A stretch of 64,000 nucleotides of DNA from Oopsacas minuta (taxonomy: Eukaryota > Animalia > Porifera). How positions within the stretch are numbered: position 1 is the stretch's first letter; each line of letters starts with the position of its first letter. Positions 42,169 through 55,139 of this stretch are shown piece after piece. The notes beneath the pieces are model-generated. The model was not told the origin of the DNA. It made no database searches and saw only the letters and a program-made list of their open reading frames with translations. The DNA is taken from assembly GCA_024704765.1 (NCBI GenBank), contig JAKMXF010000155.1, forward strand, positions 706,098 through 770,097. The letters run 5' to 3'. Made by a program: the position numbers and the translations under genes.

Positions 42169-42285
42169 CGTCATATCTTCAACTCTCCTCTGTACTCCAA
42201 ATAATTATTCACTGTCGAACAGCCTGTCTCCTCCTCTTTGTGCCTTGGTCAGCTTAAACTTCGACTGATCAAGAGGTTCCGCCAT
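41211..42285 (-). pseudogene. Internally deleted FLYWCH-MULE (Mutator-like) transposase; original copy of the palindrome
   Basis: ATG 42285 MAEPLDQSKFKLTKAQRGGDRLF...(W)LCEQRVVCKARVHT (FLYWCH-like); WLADSTFKAAPSLFAQVYVVHG; LPNKTEDT-[deletion]-FPIDLWN...PRTTNTVEAWYHSFN...HPTIWKFI; ends DVAHHFSIIKNQM* at 41211. Confidence 0.9.
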
Positions 42286-42758
42286 TAAGGATTGTCAAAT
42301 TTAAAAATACACAAGTTATAAGTAATATTGTGAAAACGAATCTGAGTTTGAACAAGATCATTTTCCATTTATGTCCGAGGATTGCACTATCACAGGTGAT
42401 TACATCCTGTTTACTATATTCCTCTTTACCAAATATAGCCCCGAGAGTATTTACTTCGTATGTGTTTACTTACTTTAGCAATCTTTTGATTTCACATCAT
42501 TAAATGGATTCCAATGGAATGCATATCATCTAAAATTAGGATTATCTATCCTATTGAAAGACTTGTCTGTATGCAGAAATATTTATTAGACAATGGATTA
42601 ATTATGTATAATTTGATTACATTAATTCATTAATTAATATCGCACCAAATTGACCAATCAAATAAGTTGTGAATTGTTGGTATCCGTTCCAAGTGGATGT
42701 ATACACTAAAAATAGAGTAAATACACTAGCTTGAATATTTAAAGACAAATACAGTATA

Positions 42759-44063
42759 CGAAGGGCACTCGAAAAGTTTTGTCGTTTCTTATTAAACCAC
42801 AAGTATTTTCTGGTAAAATTATTTTATATATATTTAGACGCATATTATTTACCTGCACGACAAATTTCATCAGTTTATCTTTTGTACTTTTCGAATTGCT
42901 TGATTTCCTAAAGCTATGGCTTGTATGATTCCTCAACCAGAATCTGACCTCACAAAACGCGATTTTAGAGCGATGATTTTAATTTTGTTCAAACTTGAGG
43001 AGAGCCGTTTGGAAATACGCGAAACTTTGCTGAGCACTTCCGAAATATAGCTCCTTGTTGGAGAACAGTAGAGCGATGGTACTCAGAGTTTATTCATGGA
43101 AATTTTATTCTTGAAGATGGTCCCCGTCCTGGTAGGTCCAGTATTACACATACGGTCGAAAATGTAGAGCTGGTATTGGACGAAGTAACAAAAGACTCTC
43201 ATGTTACTTACGCTCAGTTAAAACATGAAACCAAATGGTCATCGGGGAGTACAAACGTCATCTTACATAAAGAGCTCGGTCTTAGAAAGTTATGTGCACG
43301 TTGGATCCCGCATTCTTTGTCGTCCGATCAGAAAAAGTGCCGAGTGGACTTTTGCAAAATTATGCTTAAAAGATTTGTTAATGAACTTCTAGAGCTGTTT
43401 CTGAAATACTCACAGGCGATGAGACATGGATATACCACTATGACCCAGAAACGAAGAGACAATCTAAGGAGTGGGTCGAAGAAGGTGGTTTACCTCCAAC
43501 AAAGGTCGGAGAATTAGATCAGTCGGAAAGCAGATGTGGGCGATTTTCTTTAGACGTAGTGAATTTGTTGAAGGAATTGCACTTGAGGATAGGAAGACAG
43601 TCACCGCTGATTGGTATACCACAATATGTCTTCTCAAAGTATTCAGTGTTATCGAAAGACAACGTGAGAAGTCAGGTGTCGAGGATTCCTGCTTCACCAC
43701 GATAATGCTTCATCATATACAGCACTAAGAACTCGTGAGTTTTTACAGAATCATAGGATCGGAACGCTACCCCACCCACCCTACAGTCCAGATCTAGCCC
43801 CTTGCGATTTTTGGTTATTCCCAAAGCTGAAAGATCAACTTCGTGGGAGGAGATTTTTCAGCAATGAAGAGTTAATCGGGGCACTTTTCTTAGCAATTGA
43901 GGAGATACCCAAAGAAGAATGGAAATGTGCTTTGATACCTGGTTTAAACGCATGAATAGGTGTATAGAGTGTTAGGGTGAGTATTTTGAAAAAATGTGAC
44001 CATATAGTATGTAATACCTATTATATAAGTATATAAACGACAAAACATTTCGAGTGCCCCTCG
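42759..44063 (+). mobile_element. mariner DD34D element, full length, decayed transposase 42916-43999
   Basis: TA|CGA(A/G)GGGCACTCGAAA(A/T)GTTTTGTCGTTT TIRs with TA TSD. Motifs LCARWIPHSL, HHDNAS...HPPYSPDLAPCDFWLFPKLK (34 spacing), EYFEKM*. Confidence 0.96.
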
Positions 44064-44753
44064 TATATCGTATATACTATGAGTATCTTTATCTTACCTG
44101 CATGTTCTTACAAATTGAGGACATCATTTTCTGTGTATATGATGGTATCTTTGTTTGCTATGACAAGATCTTTGACACTATGTTTGTGTCCTTGCTCACA
44201 ATGCGAAATATCTGTTTTTACGGTTCGGGTGTAGAAATAATCCTTCTCCTAACTGTTCATTATATATAATAGCCTGATTCTTACTAAGTTTAAAAAGAAG
44301 ATATTGTTTATATATAGTAGATTAATCAATAGGTTACTGAGGAACGGCTAACTGATCGTTATTTTCTGCCAAAATTGGCTGTAGAGTTAACATTTCTTCG
44401 CACATATTACTACAATTGTAGCAATGCGGCTTCATTTATTTCTTATATAGGCAATTATAGCCATTCTTTTTCAAAAGAAATGGTTTAAGGTTTGGAATTC
44501 TAAACACAATTCATATGCTTGGTAATGTAAGCAAGAATTCGTAGGATAAGATAATCATTTCATCAGATTAGTTTCTATCACTTTTTTCTTGGTCAATGTT
44601 CCTTCACCTGGAAAATTAAAACATGATTTCTGAGAATATTTATAATATTATTAGAACACATTAGCTATATGATGGTATAATGTTTACATTAGCTAAATGT
44701 CATGGTATAATGAAAACTTAAAATCTACAGTGTTGCATTATTGTACAAAGTCT

Positions 44754-44790
44754 ATCATACACGATGCAATTTTGTTGCACCGTGTATGAT
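44754..44790. other. Isolated 16-bp-stem hairpin (one mismatch)
   Basis: ATCATACACGATGCAA-TTTTG-TTGCACCGTGTATGAT. Confidence 0.75.
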
Positions 44791-46749
44791 GGTCTTGAGG
44801 CTCATTCGCTATGTTGCATACGAAATACAGAGCATCCTGCTAATCTGTACAGCAATGTTCCAATTCTAAAATAATTCTTTCGGATTAGCGAATTTGTCCG
44901 GAATTGAAGCGATATAGTATCTAGGAGTTTATTTTTTGAATTGTGTGTTCAAATGATTACAAGGCTGCCAAGCAGCGCTCGACAAAATTGAAATTATGTG
45001 GTGGCATAAAATTCTCGTGTCTATAGCCAAACCATAGGATTTATCGGGTATGCTGTTAAGATGTGTAATAAGGTATTATAGATTTGTCCAGAGTTGAATT
45101 AAAGATATAGGTATTTTTGAATATTTTCGAGCATTTTTTAAATGTTTTACCACCTTGGGCTCTGTTCTGATTGGCGAGGTTCCGATCACCGAGGTTCACA
45201 GTAGTTTCATATAAGTATCATACCACTGAATACTTCCAAATCTGACTTGATTACCATAGATCAATCTTCCAACCGCCAAGCCTTCTGTTTATCTGCAAGA
45301 AGATGTACATATTGGTCATATATTGCAGTAGTTAGCTCTTCTTGTGAAAAGATTTCAGCGGATACTTCTTTCTTGGGATGGTCTGAAAAGGTATATTTAG
45401 TAATGTAGTATTAAATAGCTTAGCATTCCATGGAAGTGTGCCTTTGGAATACTTGACTTACTTGATGCAATTTCAAAATGCTCTTCTGATATTTTGATGT
45501 ATAATGGCAGAACATTTGTCTTAGAAATTTCAATTCTTTCAATGTTGAGGGTTGTTGGAGTAATGTCTAAATTCTCCTCAGCTATTCTTCTTTTCCTCTG
45601 AGGTGTTTAATTTTAAAAGTTGAGTTAGGGATAGTTTCGGCCATGGTTAAACTGCTTTGCAGGATGAAACTGAGTAATTCTTATTTTATGACATTCAGAG
45701 ACTCAGATCAGAGTACCTATATTATATCAGAATACGTACAATCCCATATATTACTTTTCCTGACCTATTTTATTCTATAAAATTGCTCGTAACGATGGAT
45801 ATTACAGGCATAGAAAAAGGTTACCAAGGCTAAATAGTTCACTGCAATTATCGAGTAATTATATCCATGATTTTTCGACAGCATTACAAATATGTGGTCC
45901 ATAATAATAGGGACATATGGTGTGCCCCTTTATTACGCCCTAATTACAATACATAGGAGACAATCCATAGGCGCAACACTCACTCCCTTTATAGACTATA
46001 GATTAGCTACTAAGTACGCCATAGAAGGGTCACACAGCAATGTTCATTCTAAACTCATGTGATTCATGTCATGATTTGTTTGTACCACCTATAAAGTCAG
46101 GATTTTGGCCGCTTATTGTAGACCACCATGAGGCCGAAAATCTTGTAATGATTTTATTTGGGCTTCTGGCTTGGTTTGTGATAAGATTATGGTAACAATA
46201 AGCGACCCTGACTATATATCTTTTACCCGAAGTCAAAATGTATATGCATACATCATATTGAATCAATGTTGTTGCATTGTTCCTCTTCTGTTGTTGATAA
46301 ATTATACGACTCCCAATGATGAAAGAATTGTTCGTGTGTTTCTACCCAGATAGAAACCCACAATTACCTGTTTATTAGTTAACGGACATGCGCACTGTAC
46401 CTAATAGACATTTGCACAGTACTTTCAATGTGTGAGATAATTCCCGAATAATAATATAAATATGTCAATGAGTCAGTTAATACAAAGAAATTGTCTGAAA
46501 ATGATTTCATAATTTATTTAATACGTAATATAATATTACTTCTTCCAACTTAAGAGAAGCCTTTTTCGGGCTTTAATTGACGCAAAAGAATTTATTTCTT
46601 GCGTGAAATCCATTGTTCTGGAACAAGGGTTCTTATCCATCGGGAAATTCCCCATGGAGGGAAATGTTTAGTAAACTAAAGCATGAATGCTCTTGTGTAT
46701 TAAGGTTATCTATAGTAAAACCCTAATTTATGTCCTCGTTTCCTTCAAT

Positions 46750-47730
46750 ATCTTCGTTTAAGAACTTATTCGTTTTCTTTGTCGTTAAAGTTAGTTTGAT
46801 CTGTGGTTAGAACATCAGTGACTTTATTGACTTCCTCTAAAATGGAAAGGCTATTTTCTCTCAGGATGTTTATTTCCTCAAGGAGATCTTCCAAATTCCT
46901 TTCTTCAGTTTCAATTGTCGCATCTCGAGCCTTAATTACTCTATCCCATCTTTTTGTACTTTGTGAGAATATACTGAAAGCTGTTTAATTGTCCAGAAAG
47001 TGTTACTGCGTTCTTACAAAATATGGATGGCACCACACAAGCTTAAGGTATGGCTGGCATCCACAAGGTGGATAAGTGCAAAAGAGAATATTCTTGCTTT
47101 AAAACTTTGAACTCTATTATACCTTATCTACATATTCCGTGCATTATTATATCCCTAACTTCTGCAATCTTTGAATGGATTTCACTTTCACGTAGTTATG
47201 AAAATATTATGGTAGCGATCTATAAACAAGTTTTTCCGAAGTCATCAATAAAAGTATAAATCGTTCATGAATATTACATTTATCCTATTCTCGATATAAA
47301 TACCTTATGCTCAATCTGTGGAACATCTGGAATCGCATCTACCAATATACAGGTATTTAGCAATATTTCATTAATCTAGCATGCACCGAAGATTGTTAGG
47401 TCTTCTTTTAATATGCATAAAGAATGGAAAACTTGACCTGTCATGTCTGGAAGAATGTATAATGGTATGGAATGCAGACCACCATTCACCATCTCCTCAA
47501 TTTCTTTCTTAGATATATAAATATATTTGATGCTCAAATATTGATTATCAAATATATTAAGGAATATCGATATCTTTTGATCTGTATTCTGAAAATTTTT
47601 TGTTCTCAGCAATGACCATCGCATCAACAATAATACTCTGCAACGTTTTTTCAAAATTGCAATTTCTTCTTCGATGTATTCAAACTTTTCTTGACCAATT
47701 TTTATTCTTGATTTCAATTTTACCATTCAT
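46750..47730 (-). pseudogene. hAT transposase fragment
   Basis: PCGC-HTLSLCG (CxxH motif, ~47030-47070) and IKARDATIETEERNLEDLLEEINILRENSLSILEEVNKV (~46800-46950). Heavily decayed. Confidence 0.55.
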
Positions 47731-47739
47731 TTCTTACCT

Positions 47740-50493
47740 ACACGTCCAGATTTTTCGAAAACAATTTTCAAATTTCTTTGACTTCAAGGAAAATATTTAT
47801 TTAAATATTGTACCATAATGTTTTCAAACCAAAAAAACAATCTAACAGTACATTATTCAATCCCATATAACAACAATACGAGTTCCCATTAATCGCTTCT
47901 TGACGTTCGATTGTGAGCTGTATTGCAGTCCCTTTTTGAACCCCAACAATAGTTTCCATCATGTTGTGTTCTATTTGCCTTGGAATATTGTCTCCATTTT
48001 CACAAATGTCCTGATGAAACCGCTTATGTTCTCACTTAAAGCACCGAGATTTTGAGGAAAATAATCTAAATGCGAAAGTAGAAAGTGAATCTTTATGTTC
48101 ATTCTACTGCCAAGAGATTCATTGCTAGCAAGCATTGTGTGAACATGTTCTTGGTAGTTTTCCGCTTTCTTAATTCCTAAAAAATTTTCTAAGACATTCT
48201 TGAAAGCTGTCCAAGCATTTCTTTCTACGGTATTCTGTACTGCCTCAAACTGAGGATCCCAGAATAATTGACGTTTTTATGTTCCCACCAAAGTACCTGC
48301 TTTTAACTTGCCCGAACTTATACTGGAAATTTCATTCAAAGATACCTAAATGCATCACCTTCCCTAATTAGAGCTTCTTTTTTTTACTAAACTCTTCATT
48401 AAACCAAGTTTCATATGGAGCGGGGGTAATATGACAGTCTGGGGATCGACAAGAGGAATATATCTCACATTTTCCCTTCCTGGGACATATTCGGTTCTAG
48501 TTGGTCATTCTTGTCTTGAATAATGTTGAGAGTCCGTTTGGAAATCCCATAAGCAAAGAAAGTAAGGATTCTTTGTATAATCACCTTGCTGACTAAGTAG
48601 GAAAGTAATAAATTTTTAGATCACCACAAATTTACCACTTTTGTTCTTTTTCCTTGAGTATATCAAGGGGTAACTTCATGATTTCATAATTTTCTCGACT
48701 GGCAACCGAATACGCGATAGGGATTGAAGACACAGTATTTCCGTTGTAAAGGAGGACCGCTTTGAGGCTTCTCTTAGAAGAATCAATGAAATATCTCCAA
48801 TCATTGTGATCATAGTTCATTCCCAGGGATAAAATCAACTCTTGAATATTATTGCAATAAACCAAGTCATTGTCCATTGAAAAGAAAGGGTCAAATTCCT
48901 GCTCTCTATTCATATACCAGTAAAACGTAGTTCTTGCTTCTAGAAGATTTCTTTCTTTAAGTCTCGAACCTAAAAGCATGGATGATTACTTCGTAAGGTC
49001 AAGAGCCCTGACTAAATCATCCAAGTCCTCTTGTGAAATTAGCTTTGGAGCATCACATTGCAACTCAAAAAGATGTATCAAACTGATCTTCTGGTTCACT
49101 ATCAACACATTCCTGGACTTTAGATGCAACAAGAGCTTTAGGCACAGGAATTCCCAAGCCATGTGCTACAGGGCGTAAAGCTGAAGGCATATTTGAGTAT
49201 GTTATCCTAGATTTAGTCTTTTTAGAATGCTCTTGAACTTTACAGAACAAAAAGTACCATTCATGTGAATGGTTTCTTTGTTCCCTCCAGGCCAATGGGA
49301 CACCAAATGGCATAGCTTGTAAATTAGCCTTGGACCATTTAACTAAGTTATCACAACAAGTGTGACAACATAGTCAGGGGCTCATGGTTTGTCTTGGTCT
49401 CCGACTTTACAACCGAAATACAGATAGTATTGTTCCATAATTAACGGGGTCATTTTCTTCAACATACTATCCAACATGTAGATACCACAAATATAACAAA
49501 AACAGTCAGGATCATTCTCACATTTGCGATCCATTGATTGTAGAAAGAATAGGGAACAAAAATATCATAAATGTACATGAATGTAGACCAATATATTAAG
49601 TTATTTAGAGTTAATGCAGACCTATGAGGTTACATCGCATATACTATATTAGTTAATGGTATTATAAACGTCTTGTGAAAGATGACTCAAAGTACTAAAA
49701 ATAGTTTCCATGAAATAATAAGTATGGTTAATTTAGCACCAAATATCCATGGAAATGCAATAAATCAAAATTATAAACAAAGAAAACACCAGGGGCCTTA
49801 TTAACTAAAATTCTAAGAATTATTCTTAACTTAATTCTAAGTGTATTTCTAAGAATAATTTTAAGAATTCATGAAATATTCTTAGTTTTCGTTAAGAATT
49901 CTTAACTTGGCTATACTTAACGGATTCTAAGAATAATTTTTAGAATTACACAATTCTAAGAAAAATTCTTAGAATTGGGTAATTCTACTTGATTGATTCT
50001 TGCTATTGGTTAATAAAATTTATGCCAATTCATTCGACTTCAATCGCTTTTTGAGAAGATATGCGCATAGTAGAAAATAATATCCTTCTACTTGTATACT
50101 TCATTTATCATTAATGAGATAATCGCCCCACCCAATAGCGGGTATTACAACATGTGGATATGATAATCAAACATATTGTCTTAAGCGATGAACAATCTTC
50201 TTTGTAAATAAATGCGTATTGATTATGATTTCATAGAAAAGTAAAATAAATTATAAGTTAAGTGTCCTCTTTACTTCACTAAATATTTTTCTTAGAATTA
50301 TTCTAAGAATTGAGTCGTATTCTAAGAATTTGACTTAAAGTTAAGCAAAATTCTAAGAATTTGACTTAAGAATTTTAGTTAATAAGGCCCCTGACGTATA
50401 GGTGAAAAACTGATGGCATATTTGGAATCATCGCAGTTTTTGTTTCTAGAAAATATCAAAATCATTCAGAAGAAATTTCGTAGTTGACCAGTG
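47740..50493 (-). mobile_element. Chapaev3-like element, copy 3 (transposase relic 49534->47889); left terminus not found
   Basis: Right end GTTGACCAGTG|TAA. Motifs MDRKCENDPDCFCYICG, WREQRNH, WRYFIDSSKRSLKAVLL, LHMKLGLMK, KIHFLLSHLD. Left boundary approximate. Confidence 0.82.
49790..50393. mobile_element. 604-bp MITE/foldback-like element with modular TTCTWAGAA repeats, nested in Chapaev copy 3
   Basis: Perfect 25-bp TIRs CAGGGGCCTTATTAACTAAAATTCT, flanked by AC on both sides. About nine exact TTCTAAGAA/TTCTTAGAA units in the two subterminal blocks. Confidence 0.9.
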
Positions 50494-50562
50494 TAATCTA
50501 TTCCCAAAGTTCTTTATATACATCAATGGATATTCAGTTCCCTTATTACCTAATTGAATATA

Positions 50563-53500
50563 CAAGGGTTGTTCAATAAATAATGAGACTAATGTATCGA
50601 ATTCATGTTCTAGTTAATACAGCTCTAAGCTTAATATCAGATTACAGGCCTAACTTGATTGTCTAACTTCGCTACAATATACTCTCTACTCTACTAGCAT
50701 ATTCTTCAGTATAAGTTTCATTTGTATAGGCTCTTCCAAAAGAACAAAAAATGCGAAAGGGACAGAGTTAGCAAAGAATTACTTACAAGATACAAGGCAG
50801 AGGAAGACTTTTCGGATCGTATAGTAGCGGGGGAGAAACTTGGTTTCATTATTATGAACCAGAGAGCAAAACTCAATCGAAGCAGGGAAAGAGATGTGAT
50901 GAACCTGTACCCATAAAGGTAATGGCCGCAAAATCAGCAGGGAAGAGAAGGGCAACAGTATTTTTGGGATAGGGGAGGAATTATATAATTATATACCTCG
51001 ACTGGTGCCTGTAAAGATCACCATAAACAGTATTATTACGTTGACGAATTGAAAGAATTGCGTCAAGCGATTAAAGTGAGAGGCGAGGAATGCTGACACG
51101 TGGCGTATTGCTGTAACATAACAACGCAAGGCCCATGTAAGCTCCAAAACAATGGCTGCAATTGACGACTTAGGATTCGAATGCCTCCCTCATCCCCCAT
51201 ATAGTCCAGACCTGGCTCCCAGCGACTAGCTGTTTGGAAGGATGAAGAGACCTCTTCGAGGGAAGAGTTTTGAGGGTTTCAAACGGCTGGAGTATGAAAT
51301 AGAACAGTGGGAAGAAGAGACTCTAAAGAACTCTATGTCACTGGGCTGGAAAATTAACAGAACGATGGAATGGTGTATAAAGTTAAAGGGGAATTTATCA
51401 TACATTTGATAATCAATTATGATATGTCTAGGTTTACTATATGAATTATGAAAAGTCTCATTACACAACTCAACAAGATTTCTCATCAGAGATCATATAC
51501 ATTTATCTTAGCATACTTTTGAATGCTGAACTTGAATCTGCAATCAGAATTTCTCTTGCACGTCTAGTTATTCCGAAATCCAATATCCATTTTTTCAATA
51601 GTATAGTATTACCTAGTTACTAAATTGCTTTCACATGGTGACCAAGGCAAGTCGTGGGCACCACATGTTATATGCACTTCTTGTTCAAGTGGACTACGTG
51701 ATTGGTTGAACAAAAGGAAAGTTTCAATGCCATTTGCAATACCCATGGTCTGGAGGGAACAGTAAAATCACCTTGATGATTGTTACTGTTGCCTTATCGA
51801 CATTAGAGGATTCTCAGCCAAGAATAAGCACGCTCTTGTTTACCCAGACTTGGATTCTGCTCGCAGGCCAATTCCACACGACATCTCATTACCAATCCCA
51901 ATTCCCAAGCCACAGCAAATTAAAATCGAGTTTGATATGGTGGAAGATGTTCATGCGGATTCTACAGATGCTAATTATGTCCCGGAAGATGAATTACTAG
52001 AGCCACAAACATTAACACAGGGAGAATTGACTGACTTGGTCAGGGATCTAGACTTATCTAAAGACAAAGCTGAACTCCTTGCATCCAGGCTCAAACAGAA
52101 AAACCTACTCGACAAAGATGTCCTAGTATCCCACTATCGCATGCGAAATTTCGATCTCGCTCATTACTACACCACTGATGGTCCACTGTGCTATTGTAAT
52201 GATATCGAAGGACTCTATGCAAACCTATTACAAGAGCATTCTTCCTCTGATTGGCGCCTTTTCATCGACTCGTCAAAACGCAGTTTGAAAGCTGTTCTGT
52301 TGCATAACGGAAATCTAAAGCCTGGCGTTCCAATTGCTCACTCCGTCTATCTCAAAGAAACCTTCATCAATTTGTAGGAAGTTTTGGAGGCAATACAGTA
52401 TAGAACACATATATGGAATATTTGCGGTGATCTTAAGATAATCGGGCTCTTGATGGGCTGGCAACAAGGTTTTACAAAGTATTGTTGTTTCCTATGTCTA
52501 TGGGACAGCCGAGCAACTGGTGAACATTATAAAAAATGTGATTGGCCGAAGAGAACCTATGAAGTGGGGAAGACCAATTTACAGCATTCGCCATTGGTAG
52601 ATCCAAACAAATTTTTCTTACCCCCACTTCATATAAACTTGGATTAATGAAAACATTCTTTAAAACAATGGGCAAAACAAATTCAGCAGGATTTCTGCAT
52701 TTGGTAGGCAAATTTCCGAAACTAAGCGAGGCAAAGTTAAAAGAGGGAGTATTTGTAGGACCACAAATCAGACAAGTATTCAGAGATCCAGATTTCGAGA
52801 AGACATTATCCAAATTAGAAATGAGTGCTTGGAATTCTTTCAAATGGGTTTGTGAAAACTTTTGGGCAACAAGAAGTCGTCCAACTACAGGGAAGGAGTG
52901 GAAACCTTGCTTAACGCATGCGAGCAGATGGGCTGTCGCATGTCGCTAAAACTTCACTTCTTGCACTCTCACCTTGATTTTTTCCCTGAGAACCTTGGTC
53001 CTGTAAGTGATGAACAGGGTGAGAGATTCCACCAAGACATACAGGAGAAGAAACCCGATACCAAGGTTTCTAGTATGAGGGCATGATGTCCGATTACTGT
53101 TGGAGGCTCTTCAGAGATAATCGCAACAAGATATATAAAAGGAAGTCGTACTCTCAACTCTTTTAATTTAGTTAGCTACCTTTATACTTCTAGATGGATA
53201 TGTATTTCTCCTTAGTTTGTGAGTAGTTGATACATGTATGGATGTGAATAATTTTATGTATGAGCTAGGATAATAACTGATATTATCTTGGCATTAATCT
53301 CAAACATCGAAACGTTGATTTATTTCAGATGGCTATCATGTAAGAAGACAAAAAGTCAGCCACTGCCATAAAATAACAGGAAAAATTTAGGAAATACATA
53401 AAAATCGTTGACTTGTAGATGGAAAAAAAACTGGACGTGCTGGAAAGAATCTGAAAACAGATTTGAATTCAGCGTAAAAAACTTGCTTAGAAAATGTCAA

Positions 53501-53566
53501 TCTAATACTTGATGACAAAATGAAGTTAAATTTTGTTGACCTGTGTTATATATTGGACAGCCCTTG
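50563..53566 (+). mobile_element. Internally deleted mariner whose right TIR is split by Chapaev copy 4
   Basis: Left TA|CAAGGGTTGTTCAATAAATAATGAGACT. The right TIR reconstitutes as AGTCTCA-TTA-TATATTGGACAGCCCTTG|TA (3 mismatches). Motif NNARPH...HPPYSPDLAPSD. Confidence 0.9.
51464..53545 (+). mobile_element. Chapaev3-like element, copy 4 (N-terminus of transposase deleted; relic ~51625-53166)
   Basis: TTA|CACAACTCAACAA...TTGTTGACCTGTG|TTA with a perfect 3-bp TSD. Motifs WAPHVIC, WRLFIDSSKRSLKAVLLHNGN, ICGDLK, CCFLCLWDSRA, MSLKLHFLHSHLDFFPENLG.VSDEQGERFHQDI. Confidence 0.92.
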
Positions 53567-55139
53567 TAGTTTGCTAACCATTCGTCTACTTTCCATCTCT
53601 TCACCGCTTCACTCTACCTTTCTGTGTATCTGATTTATGAATGTATCATATATATTACAGATGATCTGAATATTGAATGTATGAATTACATATTGAGAAA
53701 TTTCCATTTTGATAACCAATGCATCGTGAACACAAATTCCCTATGTGTTTTCAAACAATGAAGTATTAATAGTTGAACTTGAAGTCAATAGTTTTCGCTC
53801 TATATTTATAGAAAATCTGGTGGAATATTCCAATTAAAAAATCAATAATCTCCTATATTTTTTCCAATGCAAAAATGCGCTTTTAAAGAACATTTATTGG
53901 TTGGATACGTCTTGAGCTGCAAATTTATAGTGCTCAAGTATTTATACAATCCACAAGGAATGTAAGGTTGCTAATCCATTCCGAGTCACTCATTTCACAT
54001 TGGACAACATCTTTCTCCTTCAGAAATATATCGATTTTTGATCTCTAATGGTAAAATCGCTCAAGTTCGGATTCTCTGCCTACCCAACGCAGTAAATACT
54101 GAATATCATTTCATCTTCGAAAAGACTGGTCTCGCCTCCATTTTTAGATGAAACTTCAGCAGTTTTACCAACTAAATGTATTTATGTTGTCCAGTTAACT
54201 AAAGTGTCAGATAGTCGAGGGTCTACTGTTGTTATGTTATGTTGTTTGTTTCATTTATTACTCTTATTCAATTGATATTTGTAATTGTATGAACAATCAA
54301 ACTAGAGTTGGAATCTAGTATTAATCGCTCTAGTAATGAATTCGTTTGATAGCATGTAACCTTTGTTCCTATTAAATATATGTGAGAATGACAATATCCT
54401 CTGATAGCTCGTTGAGAACTGAGTTAGGCATGTAAATATGATCCAAATCCTAATAAGTAGAAAAAATATCGTATACAGTTATAAGCTAAATTGTAAAATA
54501 TATTCAATAACATCCATCTTACAAAAAATAAGAGTTCATAGCAAGCCTGCCCAGTCTTATAAGCGGAAACGAGCAATCAAAAGTTTTCTTGAGTACTTTA
54601 GTTAGTAGAATTTCATACCAATGAGAGAATAAATATCCACTGTATACACCATATAAAAATACACTTTTTTGGAATATACACTATACAAGAATATATTTTC
54701 AGATATTTTCGGTTTGGTACAACAGTCTCAAGAATTATTACATGAGAATATATTGTAACATATTATGGATACGTTTTCACAGCCTCACGAGGTGGTAGAG
54801 ACAATCTATTAGTTCCATAAAGGGAGATGATTGAATGTGTAACGTATAAGGACAAGTAAAACCCGCAAATACATAGAATAATTATTCATGGATAATATTG
54901 GATATCTATACTCAGTGAATACATAGAGTTAGTTATGGATTCCTATTGAAGCAATTAAAATGATAATTAATAGGATTATAATGAGAAAAAGTATACCATA
55001 TAATATTGCATTAGGTTTCATACCGTTAGATCTATATTCATCATTAAAAGGCAATAAATATTTACCAGGTGTAAGGATCTAAAGATCTAAAAACGGTATA
55101 AAAATACTGATTTCAGATTTCAGGATCTCATGGGCAAAT

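Noticed and set aside
47376-47726. Coiled-coil host gene (ORF 47376-47726 and 46800-46980)
   Set aside because: Better explained as fragments of a hAT transposase, given the PCGC-HTL motif between them.
49790-50393. Repeated TTCTAAGAA units as a CRISPR-like array
   Set aside because: Units are 9-13 bp and irregularly spaced, there are no unique spacers of constant length or cas genes, and they are bounded by TIRs.
51478-51492. CTGATGAG (minus strand) as a hammerhead ribozyme core
   Set aside because: No stem II/GAAA/stem III arrangement is present, and the site lies in a Chapaev subterminal region. Other CTGATGA hits fall in coding relics or also lack the required stems.
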